From an uncultured Gammaproteobacteria bacterium (GTDB taxonomy: Bacteria > Patescibacteriota > Microgenomatia > Levybacterales > UBA12049), in NCBI GenBank assembly GCA_964512695.1, contig CAZEJU010000006.1, forward strand, positions 2,591 through 66,590: a DNA stretch of 64,000 bases. The letters run 5' to 3'. Both the position numbers and the translations under genes were made by a program. Under the pieces are notes generated by a model. The model saw only the letters and a list, made by a program, of their open reading frames with translations. It did no database searches and was not told the DNA's origin. Below are positions 55,769-64,000 of the stretch, piece by piece. Every line of letters begins with the position of its first letter. Position 1 is the stretch's first letter.

Positions 55769-56068
55769 TTATCTAGAAATAGATTTAGAAATACCTGATT
55801 TTCTCTTTGTCTGTTGCTTATTCACGATAGAAATAGGAGAAGTCTTTTTAATATTTCTTTCTGTTATTTGGACTACCTTAAAATCTTGTACTTGTATTTC
55901 TACACTTCCCCAACCCCGAATATTTTGAATAGCTTCTAAAACTTCTTGAACGAGGTTGTCTGATATTTTTTTTGTAGAATAATCCATATCTTTACGAGGG
56001 ACAGAGATTTCAGATGAACTAAAGGGAGCATCTGCATTTACCCTTGTCTCATCTGTCCAAAATGACAC
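55769..56068 (-). CDS. Small protein with a C-terminal DUF2292 (YezD-like) domain
   Basis: VLEAIQNIRGWGSVEIQVQDFKVVQITERNIKK matches the YezD/DUF2292 pattern (FGSVxIxVQDGKVVQIE). Confidence 0.4.
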   Translation of the reverse strand: MSFWTDETRVNADAPFSSSEISVPRKDMDYSTKKISDNLVQEVLEAIQNIRGWGSVEIQVQDFKVVQITERNIKKTSPISIVNKQQTKRKSGISKSISR

Positions 56069-56098
56069 CTTGATCTCTTTAAGTTTTAATACTGTGTA

Positions 56099-56869
56099 TT
56101 ACTTAAAGGTAAACTTTATATTTTCTTTTTTACCGTTTATCTCACCGACCTGGAGTGTGATTTCTTTATCAGAATCATCAATAGGAAGTCCAATTCTTGT
56201 GTATTTAGTTGAAATTGCTTGTATCTCTACTGGATCGTTATGGATCTCTGGAGCAAGCTTTTCAGCATTTTTACCAACAAGCACTCTAAAGTAATCACGA
56301 GAATTTATAGAAACTGGAAGGGTATAATCATTCGTAACTTTTAAATTAAAGATTAAAAATGTCCTACCTTTTACAGCTAATGCACGTTTACCCTTTACTA
56401 TAATTTCATCTCGAAGTTCAGCGTTTTCGATAAAAAATTTTAATCTGCTTACTTCTTTTCCATTTTGATCTTTGAGAGGAAATAAAAATTGTTTTTGAAT
56501 TGTGTATGCAGCAGTAGGTGCTTTTAGTTCTGTTCGAACATCTTCACCTGGAATAATCGTAGAACCAGCATTCGACTTTAAAGTATTACCAATAAAATAC
56601 ACTGCAATCACAACAAAAATAATTATAATAATTACTGGAATGAAAGGAGATTTGTTAAACGTTCTTTTTCCTGTGTGAATTACTCGAGATAAACCATGAT
56701 AACCATTATTGGTGTTTTCCATAGCTAATACATTAGCTTCTTCCAAAAAAATTTCTGCCACTTTATTCTTAAAGGATACAAATATACTTTTTAGATTAGG
56801 AGTTATGAGAAGCGTTCTCTGTCGAAGAGTTGTAACTGTTGCGTTAGGTAAAGAATATAATTTATTCAT
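56099..56869 (-). CDS. Hypothetical membrane-anchored protein (single TM; DUF4352-like extracytoplasmic beta domain)
   Basis: TM segment PFIPVIIIIIFVVIAVYFI, then a beta-rich domain (IFNLKVTNDYTLPVSINSRDYFRV). Confidence 0.35.
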   Translation of the reverse strand: MNKLYSLPNATVTTLRQRTLLITPNLKSIFVSFKNKVAEIFLEEANVLAMENTNNGYHGLSRVIHTGKRTFNKSPFIPVIIIIIFVVIAVYFIGNTLKSNAGSTIIPGEDVRTELKAPTAAYTIQKQFLFPLKDQNGKEVSRLKFFIENAELRDEIIVKGKRALAVKGRTFLIFNLKVTNDYTLPVSINSRDYFRVLVGKNAEKLAPEIHNDPVEIQAISTKYTRIGLPIDDSDKEITLQVGEINGKKENIKFTFK

Positions 56870-56961
56870 GGGGTACGAAACTGTGGGGCAGGGGTTTCAA
56901 AGTTGCTCAATATTATCACGGTAAAATTTGGTTGTCAATATATCTTATTACAGTAGGCCTA

Positions 56962-57648
56962 TTATTTTTGCGAAATGGGAATATTTGCTTTTAGTTCTTC
57001 CTTTGCAAGTTGTTTGTGTACACCATTTCCATTAGTTGAACCATTTAGCGAAGATACTCCCGCAATTCTATTTATTAAAGGAGCTGTCTCCCCCTCTACT
57101 TGTTTTTGAAGTGTTCTTTCGATATACGATGTATCTATTCTATTTAACATTCTTTGCAATTCAGGATCTTCTTTGTTTATTTTCAAATGTTCATGTATGT
57201 CGCGTAAAAGTTCTAGTGCTTTTGTTATTTCTTCTTCAGCAATAAGATTTACTTGTAAATTTACTTCTTGCCGTAAACTGTCAACTTGATATGAACGGTT
57301 TTGACTAAGAAGGACGAAAACAGAAAGCACTATCGCTTCTAAAGATACAATCATCGTTAATAGTCCAAAAGGAAAAGGATCGAATGGAACAACACCTGGG
57401 ATGAGTCCAATATTGATGCTTACCCATGAAATAAACCATATGACATGAACTACTAAAAAAGGGAAGCTTCCTGAAACTGTTGTAATTTCATCTGCAATTT
57501 TATCAGTATGACTTCTTCTCGCAAGGGCTTTTGCCATGAAGGAACGGAACGTTCTTCTTCTTCTGATTAATCGCTCGTGCGCAGATGGTCGAGTAGCTTG
57601 TTGCTTATCAGCCTGCCGGTCGTGAGTAATATTTTTTTGTTTTTTCAT
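56962..57648 (-). CDS. DUF1003 family membrane protein
   Basis: Two TM helices, then LSQNRSYQVDSLRQEVNLQVNLIAEEEITKAL, the DUF1003 signature region. Confidence 0.5.
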   Translation of the reverse strand: MKKQKNITHDRQADKQQATRPSAHERLIRRRRTFRSFMAKALARRSHTDKIADEITTVSGSFPFLVVHVIWFISWVSINIGLIPGVVPFDPFPFGLLTMIVSLEAIVLSVFVLLSQNRSYQVDSLRQEVNLQVNLIAEEEITKALELLRDIHEHLKINKEDPELQRMLNRIDTSYIERTLQKQVEGETAPLINRIAGVSSLNGSTNGNGVHKQLAKEELKANIPISQK

Positions 57649-57667
57649 GGCAGTTAAAAATGACTAT

Positions 57668-57997
57668 TTAAGTATGGGTACGGGGATAACGGAAATTAAA
57701 TCTATCTTTATAGCGAAGTCCTTGGATTATAGATCCTAAGGTTGCACCCTTCACGAAGATAAATTGAAAAAGGTGTTCATAAAGAAGGAAACTTGCTATA
57801 GCTAAGACAGAAATAAAAAACCAATGGTGAATATGAAGTGTTGTCTTCTTATAATGAATTCTTAAATTAGGAAGTATTTCAAGATTTTTAATTTTTATAT
57901 GCGGTAATTTATTTTTCTTTTTTTCAGGATGAGAAATGAGGAGGGCAAAGAAATACCCGGAAAAGAATGAAAACAAAAATGTTATAACACCTATCAT
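57668..57997 (-). CDS. Hypothetical small membrane protein
   Basis: Two TM helices. No motif. Confidence 0.3.
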   Translation of the reverse strand: MIGVITFLFSFFSGYFFALLISHPEKKKNKLPHIKIKNLEILPNLRIHYKKTTLHIHHWFFISVLAIASFLLYEHLFQFIFVKGATLGSIIQGLRYKDRFNFRYPRTHT

Positions 57998-58156
57998 ATT
58001 ATTACACCTTCCTTACAATATTTATCGTATGGAATTTTTTAAAAATTGTCAATAATAACTTCTATTTGGCGTATAACTTCTTACAATCCTTTGACGTATT
58101 CCATAATCAATTTATACATATCTCTTCTATAGTAACTGTATTGAAAGGAGGATACT

Positions 58157-58237
58157 ATGCCATACGTAATAGCTTGGCTTTTAGGTGTACCTTTAAGTCT
58201 TTTAATAGTATTTTGGTTACTCACACAAATATTTTAA
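58157..58237 (+). CDS. 26-aa hydrophobic membrane peptide with a strong RBS (not in track)
   Basis: GAAAGGAGGatactATG encodes MPYVIAWLLGVPLSLLIVFWLLTQIF and ends in TAA. It resembles KdpF/AcrZ-like regulatory peptides or type I toxin-like peptides. Confidence 0.45.
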   Translation: MPYVIAWLLGVPLSLLIVFWLLTQIF

Positions 58238-58268
58238 TCGAATAAAATAGAGGTTAGACTGGTTGGAG

Positions 58269-58742
58269 TTATTTAGAAGAACGAACGACAAGTTTTGCCG
58301 TGTTAATAATGTCTCTTATTTTCCCATCTTCACCTTCTATTTCATTCGCACCTGTTAACCTCTGGTATTCTTGCAGATAATCAGAAAGAGATTGTTGTAT
58401 CTCCTTTAGTTCTTCGCGTGTTGTTCTCATTTTTAATGCTACTTGCACTACCGCTGGTTGTGAAGCAATATTCTTTTTTGTTACCTGTAAATCTTTAGCT
58501 GCAACTTTTGCTTTCTCTGTATTCTCTCTAAATGTAGGATTATTTTGAAATGCATCATCATACATTTCTCTGTGTTTTTTTAATTCTGTTTTTAAACTAT
58601 CAAGCCGTGTAATTGATTTTTTAATCATTTCTTCAAGGCTAAGAAGAACAGTTGCTTGATTATCGTCCGATGCAGTTGCGGAACCTTCATCTAGTACTTC
58701 AGCATCTACAACTTCCTCAGATTGTACTTGTGTATCATCCAT
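58269..58742 (-). CDS. Hypothetical acidic coiled-coil protein (157 aa)
   Basis: Asp/Glu-rich N-terminus and heptad-like central region (LLSLEEMIKKSITRLDSLKTELKKHREMYDD). No enzymatic motif. It may be phage-like, but I cannot place it. Confidence 0.4.
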   Translation of the reverse strand: MDDTQVQSEEVVDAEVLDEGSATASDDNQATVLLSLEEMIKKSITRLDSLKTELKKHREMYDDAFQNNPTFRENTEKAKVAAKDLQVTKKNIASQPAVVQVALKMRTTREELKEIQQSLSDYLQEYQRLTGANEIEGEDGKIRDIINTAKLVVRSSK

Positions 58743-58923
58743 AACGTATTTACTATAATCAAAATAAACTCATGAAATCAAGAGGGAAAATACTTTTTAT
58801 TTTCCATTTTATCATTTAGCATTTTCAAGTGTAATTAAATATTTTTACATTGTTCATTTAAACCTAAAATGGTAAATGGAACATGGCAAATGAAAAATGT
58901 ATGGTATATAGTACTTAAATACA

Positions 58924-59556
58924 ATGAAAAAAGAAGAGAAGGTAACATTAATAATCGATCGGTTATCAAAAGTCTATCCTCATCCCAAATCAGCTCTCAA
59001 CTATACAACTCCTTTAGAATTGCTCATTGCCACGATTCTGTCTGCTCAAACAACTGATAAACTTGTTAACACCGTAACTCCTGCATTATTTACTAAATAT
59101 AAAACAGCTAGGGATTTCGCGACTGCTTCTGTAGAAGAGATAGACCATTTTATAAAGAAAGTAAACTTTCATAAAGGTAAAGCAAAAAACATAAAAGAAG
59201 CAGCTAGAATTATTAATGAAAAATATAATGGAGAAGTACCGCAAACGATGGAAGAGCTTGATGCCTTACCAGGAGTAGCTCGAAAAACTGCTAATGTCGT
59301 TTTAGGAGGTGCTTTCGGAAAAGCAGAGGGGATAGCAGTGGATACCCATGTAATGCGTCTTTCTAGAAAACTAAAATTAACAAATGCAACTGATCCTATA
59401 AAAGCTGAATTGGATCTTATGAAAATAGTACCCAAGGAAAAATGGATTTCTTTTTCTCATATGCTCATTCTGCATGGCCGCGATATCTGTACTGCCCGAT
59501 CCCATACGTGTGAGAACTGTCCTCTAGGAGATATCTGTCCAGATAAAAAGATTTAA
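58924..59556 (+). CDS. nth: Endonuclease III (DNA glycosylase/AP lyase)
   Basis: HhH-GPD region LPGVARKTANVVL and a C-terminal [4Fe-4S] cluster loop CTARSHTCENCPLGDIC. Confidence 0.85.
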   Translation: MKKEEKVTLIIDRLSKVYPHPKSALNYTTPLELLIATILSAQTTDKLVNTVTPALFTKYKTARDFATASVEEIDHFIKKVNFHKGKAKNIKEAARIINEKYNGEVPQTMEELDALPGVARKTANVVLGGAFGKAEGIAVDTHVMRLSRKLKLTNATDPIKAELDLMKIVPKEKWISFSHMLILHGRDICTARSHTCENCPLGDICPDKKI

Positions 59557-59577
59557 ACTAAACCAGCAAAAAAAGTA

Positions 59578-61137
59578 TTACTTGGCCATCTTTCTTTTAA
59601 CAGCTACTCTCATGAGATCCTCAAGTGCGCCTTTCGTACTTCCTAGTTTTGAAGCAATACTCATTGAGCGCACTATAATAGATCCATCTTCATATACTTC
59701 GTAGTTGTCATAAATAAAACTACCTGAGTAATGAACAGGCCATGTAAATTCAATATTATCATCAACAGAGTCAATATACTCTCCTGTTTTTACAGTGTCA
59801 TAAATCATCCTTGTAAACATTTCTGCCTCTAATGGATTCATCTTAAAGTGAATTTCTAGGACTCTATTTAATTGTCTTAATCCATCAAGATTTGGTTTAC
59901 CATCAGGTTGTCTCAGTCTTTGTAGTATCTTTTCGTATCTGTTTTTTCTCCGTTCTAAAGACTGTAGAGATGCATCTTCACGACTCCTACCTTCATGTTT
60001 TAAATCTTCTATCCATTTATCCAACTGGATTCTCGTAGGTTTTGAGCCGAAGGTTAGGTCGACCAACTGCTCACCAAATCTTCCGCTATATCCTTTACTC
60101 TCTACAAATTGTAATGTCTCACTTTTTAGTGCAGCCACAAAATTTCTATTGCTTTTATTTTTATGGTACAACTCAAATCGTTCTCGTAATCCTATATTTA
60201 GCTCCTCCTTATCACCCACATAATCTGTCAGTACTTGCATGGCATCAGTATAGCTAATACCATCAGGAAACCTAAGTGTAGCTCCTTCATGAAATGCAAT
60301 TTCTGAACCATCAGTAGCACGTCCATGGGCCATATCCATAGTAATGGTTACCTTTCTATTCGGGAGACGCTGAATAGTTAATTCTTCGATTCTTTTACGT
60401 TCTGCCGGATGAAAAAGGCTAAAAGTTACAGTATCAAGAATACCCATTTGCTTCATTAAATCCGCAACAGAAACTTCCTCTATATGTGCTAAAGATGTCA
60501 TTTCACCTCGAGGTAAATATGCTATATTTGTATGCCAATCAGCAACACTTTGTGCCCCACGCGCTCCACCCGTGGTCTTTCTCTCCTCTGAAGTTGCATG
60601 TCCGAACACTCCATAATGTCTTATTCGCATAAGTTCTTCTTTATCTGTAATACTTAGGGCTCTTTTAAGAATATTTACGCCACTCGCGACTTGCCTCTCT
60701 GCAGCACGGAAAAATTTTTCTCTTTCTTTTCCTGTCATTTGGGCTAATTTCGTTATATCTACTCTTTCTAAATCTTCACCCCAAACCCATGCTATAAGAT
60801 GTGCAGGAGCAATATCTCCTTTAAAAGGTAAATAGCAGTTCTCAATTCCACGTTCACGTTTAACTGCCTCAACTAAAGCTGTTCGACCTACTGTAGTTGT
60901 CGTATGAGGGGAAGGTGTTGACGTTAGGCCTGCTGCCCCGCCATTAAATTCTTCGACTCCTCCAAAACGTTGAGTCTGCAGATAAATGCTTCTGCTTTCA
61001 TTTGTACGTTCAGCCTCTGTTGGTAGCGGAATACGAACAACTGGAAGTCTCTTATCTCCTGTTTCCGATACAAGTAGCTGGACTCCATGGTTATAAATTG
61101 TGTCTGTGATTGAAGGGTTTTCTCCTTTTCTAGCCAT
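59578..61137 (-). CDS. Conserved-looking 519-aa soluble protein of unknown function
   Basis: Long intact ORF with somewhat higher GC than its neighbours. Contains HYGVFGHATSEERKTTGGARGAQSVADWH. No signal peptide or TM, and no motif I can assign to a family. Confidence 0.45.
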   Translation of the reverse strand: MARKGENPSITDTIYNHGVQLLVSETGDKRLPVVRIPLPTEAERTNESRSIYLQTQRFGGVEEFNGGAAGLTSTPSPHTTTTVGRTALVEAVKRERGIENCYLPFKGDIAPAHLIAWVWGEDLERVDITKLAQMTGKEREKFFRAAERQVASGVNILKRALSITDKEELMRIRHYGVFGHATSEERKTTGGARGAQSVADWHTNIAYLPRGEMTSLAHIEEVSVADLMKQMGILDTVTFSLFHPAERKRIEELTIQRLPNRKVTITMDMAHGRATDGSEIAFHEGATLRFPDGISYTDAMQVLTDYVGDKEELNIGLRERFELYHKNKSNRNFVAALKSETLQFVESKGYSGRFGEQLVDLTFGSKPTRIQLDKWIEDLKHEGRSREDASLQSLERRKNRYEKILQRLRQPDGKPNLDGLRQLNRVLEIHFKMNPLEAEMFTRMIYDTVKTGEYIDSVDDNIEFTWPVHYSGSFIYDNYEVYEDGSIIVRSMSIASKLGSTKGALEDLMRVAVKRKMAK

Positions 61138-61224
61138 AAAGACCCTATATTATAGTAAATACTTGGCAAAATTACTATAGGTGTATTGTAGGGTTTATTT
61201 TTCCAATACTGATATAATTCACTT

Positions 61225-62430
61225 ATGGATATACCTCTAGCAGAACGGCTTCGCCCAAAAACTCTCGATGACTTTATAGGACAGGAACATCTCGTAGGGA
61301 AGGGAAGACCTATCCGTCGAATGATAGAAACGGGTAATGTCACGTCTATGATTCTATGGGGGCCACCTGGGGTAGGAAAAACTACACTTGCAGGAATTAT
61401 CGCTGAATCAGTAGATGCAAATTTCATATTTTTTTCAGCGGTAACCAGTGGAGTGGAGGATGTCCGAAGAGTAATCAAACAAGCAAAAGAACTAAAAGAA
61501 AAAGAAAATAAGCGAACGATACTGTTCGTGGATGAAATTCATCGTTTTAACAAATCCCAACAAGATGGTTTTCTGCCACATGTTGAGAATGGAACAATTA
61601 TTCTCATCGGAGCTACCACTGAAAACCCAGGATTTCGGGTAAATGCACCGTTGATTTCCCGCAGCCAGGTGTATGTTTTTTATGCACTCCATGAAGAGAA
61701 TCTTCAAAAAATCGCAGATAAAGCGACGAAGCAATATACAACGCACAAGTGGGATGATGATGCCATAAAGCATTTCATTAAATCTTCAAACGGTGACGGA
61801 AGAACATTAATAAATGCTATAGAATTAGCTGCTTCTATTAGCAAAAAAGTTACCCTGAAAGCTGCCGAAGAAGCTGTGCAACAAAAAGCAATTTTTTATG
61901 ATAAAAAAGGGGATTGGCATTATGATACAATTTCAGCTTTTATTAAATCGATGAGAGGAAACCAACCAGACGCGACGCTTCATTACCTCGCGCGTATGAT
62001 TAAAGCAGGTGAAGACCCACTATTTATCGCACGTCGAATGGTAATTTTCGCGGCTGAGGATATAGGAAATGCTCAACCAACTGCACTTGTACTTGCTACT
62101 TCTTGTATGCAAGCAGTTCACATGATAGGGATGCCTGAAGCTTCTTTAATTCTCTCTCAAACAGCAACCTATTTAGCTACATCTAAAAAATCTATTGCAT
62201 CGACTGTAGGCATATCGGAAGCGCTTAGTGATATAGATGAAGAAAATATAGAACCAGTTCCGCTTCATTTACGAAATGCAGCAAATAAAGTAATGAAACG
62301 CTTAGGCTATGGAAAGGGGCATGTCCGATATCCATGGCAGAGCGAAAGAGAAACAGGAGAAAAAACGAAACAGGAATACATGCCGAAGAATTTAGTTGGA
62401 AAGAAATATTATAAGAAAGACTGGGAATAA
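61225..62430 (+). CDS. rarA: Replication-associated recombination protein A (AAA+ ATPase MgsA/RarA)
   Basis: [19 protein letters not shown], Walker [12 protein letters not shown], Walker [15 protein letters not shown] and sensor GATTENP. The C-terminal MgsA helical domain is present. Confidence 0.9.
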   Translation: MDIPLAERLRPKTLDDFIGQEHLVGKGRPIRRMIETGNVTSMILWGPPGVGKTTLAGIIAESVDANFIFFSAVTSGVEDVRRVIKQAKELKEKENKRTILFVDEIHRFNKSQQDGFLPHVENGTIILIGATTENPGFRVNAPLISRSQVYVFYALHEENLQKIADKATKQYTTHKWDDDAIKHFIKSSNGDGRTLINAIELAASISKKVTLKAAEEAVQQKAIFYDKKGDWHYDTISAFIKSMRGNQPDATLHYLARMIKAGEDPLFIARRMVIFAAEDIGNAQPTALVLATSCMQAVHMIGMPEASLILSQTATYLATSKKSIASTVGISEALSDIDEENIEPVPLHLRNAANKVMKRLGYGKGHVRYPWQSERETGEKTKQEYMPKNLVGKKYYKKDWE

Positions 62431-62482
62431 ATACGAAAGACAGGCAAATGATTGCCTGTCTTAAGCGTATGAATTTCAGGGT

Positions 62483-62692
62483 TTATTCTTCAGGCTTATA
62501 TTCTTCATCTTCCAATTCTTCAATCGTCGTAATATCAGGAATGAACGTAATTTTCTCATCTATAATTACTGTTCCTTCACTTAAACCTCCTTTTTCTCCT
62601 CTAAAATCTTCATTATCAAGTCTATTTATATTCTCTTCAACACTATCGTTTTTTATATCTTCATGTTGCTTTTTATTTTTTCCCTTAGACAT
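62483..62692 (-). CDS. Small acidic protein (69 aa)
   Basis: Strong RBS GAGGAGGTGA 7 nt upstream of the ATG. Low-complexity Glu/Asp-rich sequence. Confidence 0.4.
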   Translation of the reverse strand: MSKGKNKKQHEDIKNDSVEENINRLDNEDFRGEKGGLSEGTVIIDEKITFIPDITTIEELEDEEYKPEE

Positions 62693-62973
62693 ATACTTAT
62701 CACCTCCTCAATCGTATTCCTGTTCTTAAATCGGGAATATATAACAGTTGATACTCTATTATTATCGAGTGAGAAAAAAGCGATAACGAAGTAAGAGCAG
62801 GGAAAGAATTCTTTAGATTGTCAAAATTGCAAAGTGACAAAGTTTCAGAGTTAAAACAGATACCACTTTGCCAGGTAGCAACTGGTAACCTGACTTCGCA
62901 TCTCTGCATCTTTGCAACTAGGAAACTCTGCAGCTTTCGGATGATATAATGTATACGCTATTAAATAGCAAAT

Positions 62974-64000
62974 ATGTTACAAAGTTTAAAAACTCTCTTT
63001 GGAAAAAAATATCAGCCTCTTAATACTATTAAAATATCTTCAAAAAAACTTTTAGATAATTACCAATACTTAACTTCACTTAATAGCAATATTCGAGTAG
63101 CACCTGTATTAAAAAGCAATGCATATGGTCACGGTATTACACTCATTGGAAAAGCGTTAGACAATGTAGGAACACCATTTTTCTGCGTAGATAGTATTTA
63201 TGAAGCATATGAATTGCTAAAGGCAGGGGTAAAAACAAAAATACTTATCATGGGTTATATAGATCCTGAAAACCTGAGAGTAAAAAAACTACCATTCTCC
63301 TATGCAGTATATTCAGAAGAACAACTGAAGATTATTAATGAATACCAACGTGGTGCAGGAGTTCATATTAAATTCGATTCGGGTATGCACAGACTTGGGG
63401 TACAATTAAATGATCTCCCAAGTTTTCTTGCATCTTTGAAACTATGCAAATTTGTAACTATAGAAGGTTTCATGTCCCATTTTGCAGAAAGCGAAAACCC
63501 TGATAGTGAACTGACAAAATTCCAATTAGAAAATATTAAAAAAGCGTTAAAACTTTTAAAAGAAGAATATATGCAACCGAAGTGGGTACATGTAGCAAAC
63601 TCTGCTGGTTTATTACATGAAAGCGAATTAAACATAGACAATCTCTCGAATATTGCCAGAACAGGCTTAGATCTTTATGGTATTGATCCTCGGCCAGACA
63701 AAAATGATCCAGAGTTACAACCTGTTCTCCAGCTTAGCTCGAAACTAGTGCAGATCAAGCGATTAAAAAAAGGTGATCGAGTAGGGTATAACGGAACTTT
63801 TACAGCTGCAAAAGAAATGTCCATGGCGGTACTACCCATGGGATATTATGATGGGATAGACAGAAGATTGTCGAATAAAGGAACTGTGATAATTGATGGA
63901 GTTAGTTGTCCCATTATCGGAAGAGTCAGTATGAATATAACTGCAATCGATGTTTCGAATGTTAATAGACCGTTTATTGGACAAGAAGTTATTATATTTT
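62974..64000 (+). CDS. alr: Alanine racemase (3' end beyond the window)
   Basis: The open frame from ATG 62974 runs to the window end. It has the PLP-lysine motif RVAPVLKSNAYGHG and conserved downstream regions (GYYDGIDRRLSN, GRVSMN). It is not in the track because there is no stop within the window. Confidence 0.85.
   Translation, partial: MLQSLKTLFGKKYQPLNTIKISSKKLLDNYQYLTSLNSNIRVAPVLKSNAYGHGITLIGKALDNVGTPFFCVDSIYEAYELLKAGVKTKILIMGYIDPENLRVKKLPFSYAVYSEEQLKIINEYQRGAGVHIKFDSGMHRLGVQLNDLPSFLASLKLCKFVTIEGFMSHFAESENPDSELTKFQLENIKKALKLLKEEYMQPKWVHVANSAGLLHESELNIDNLSNIARTGLDLYGIDPRPDKNDPELQPVLQLSSKLVQIKRLKKGDRVGYNGTFTAAKEMSMAVLPMGYYDGIDRRLSNKGTVIIDGVSCPIIGRVSMNITAIDVSNVNRPFIGQEVIIF

Noticed and set aside
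55704-56924. ORFs 55704..55928 (+), 56070..56294 (+), 56709..56924 (+)
   Set aside because: 55704..55928 overlaps the promoter/leader and the DUF2292 gene in antisense. The others are antisense to 56099..56869.
57036-61773. ORFs 57036..57245, 58869..59057, 59169..59435, 60042..60257, 60924..61478, 61492..61773
   Set aside because: They are antisense to, or out of frame with, DUF1003, nth, the 519-aa ORF and rarA. 58869..59057 shares nucleotides with nth, whose HhH and Fe-S motifs define the true frame.
62448-63641. ORFs 62448..62729 (+), 62700..62909 (-), 63363..63641 (-)
   Set aside because: 62448..62729 is antisense to the RBS-supported small acidic protein gene. 63363..63641 is antisense to alanine racemase. 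62700..62909 has no support.
1-64000. Alternative genetic code (UGA = Gly/Trp, as in some candidate phyla or Mycoplasma)
   Set aside because: Many long ORFs (up to 1585 aa) are intact under standard translation, and genes terminate at TGA in-frame with conserved C-termini. There is no evidence for stop-codon reassignment. The TAA inside the Ltp gene is therefore more likely a mutation or error.
1-64000. CRISPR arrays, rRNA genes, IS elements or integrases
   Set aside because: No regularly spaced direct repeats, no rRNA-like conserved stretches, and no transposase or recombinase motifs (DDE, tyrosine recombinase R-H-R-Y boxes) were recognised in any frame.

Overview
This is a 64-kb window from a low-GC bacterial chromosome. 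It uses standard stop codons: TGA terminates many long, intact ORFs, so there is no UGA recoding. Housekeeping genes are interspersed with accessory cell-envelope loci.

Calls I can support from sequence:
- obg, rmlB/rmlD-like, uppP, nth, rarA and a partial alr at the 3' edge.
- A DacA-type D,D-carboxypeptidase, a rhomboid protease, a GH13 alpha-glucosidase, GH1-like and beta-propeller GH-like genes at the 5' edge, and a HelD/UvrD-type helicase.
- Three NUDIX hydrolases, one a fusion with an unknown N-terminal domain.
- SAM methyltransferases, an SDR, an AI-2E transporter and a divergent Nramp-related transporter.
- Five tRNAs, all on the minus strand: His-GTG, Arg-TCT, Gly-TCC, Pro-TGG and Leu-TAA.

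The most interesting part is a roughly 24-kb cell-surface supercluster at 32.1-55.7 kb:
- A SipW-type signal peptidase operon with three cognate secreted proteins (TasA/camelysin-like, lamin-tail-domain and RTX-repeat proteins).
- Two sortase-substrate pairs; the substrates carry LANTG and LPATG signals.
- A paralogous family of Cys-bracketed Asn/Gly/Thr-rich tandem-repeat surface proteins. One is 779 aa and one is poly-acidic. They sit behind a roughly 370-nt structured leader.
- A tightly packed minus-strand exopolysaccharide operon headed by an excisionase-type HTH gene. It encodes a 1585-aa all-in-one GT2 + processive GT2 (QxxRW) + polytopic membrane + GT4 protein, a GT4-kinase fusion, two GT-C-like membrane proteins and a GH-like enzyme.

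Other notable observations:
- A visibly GC-rich roughly 1.5-kb islet next to tRNA-Gly. It encodes a Cys-rich secreted or membrane protein plus a 32-aa TM peptide and is flanked by long palindromes.
- An Ltp-family (phage superinfection-exclusion type) gene interrupted by an in-frame TAA, next to tRNA-Pro and tRNA-Leu.
- Apparently leaderless divergent obg and methyltransferase genes.
- Several small ORFs with strong RBS that are not in the ORF track.

No CRISPR array, rRNA or obvious transposase or integrase was seen.
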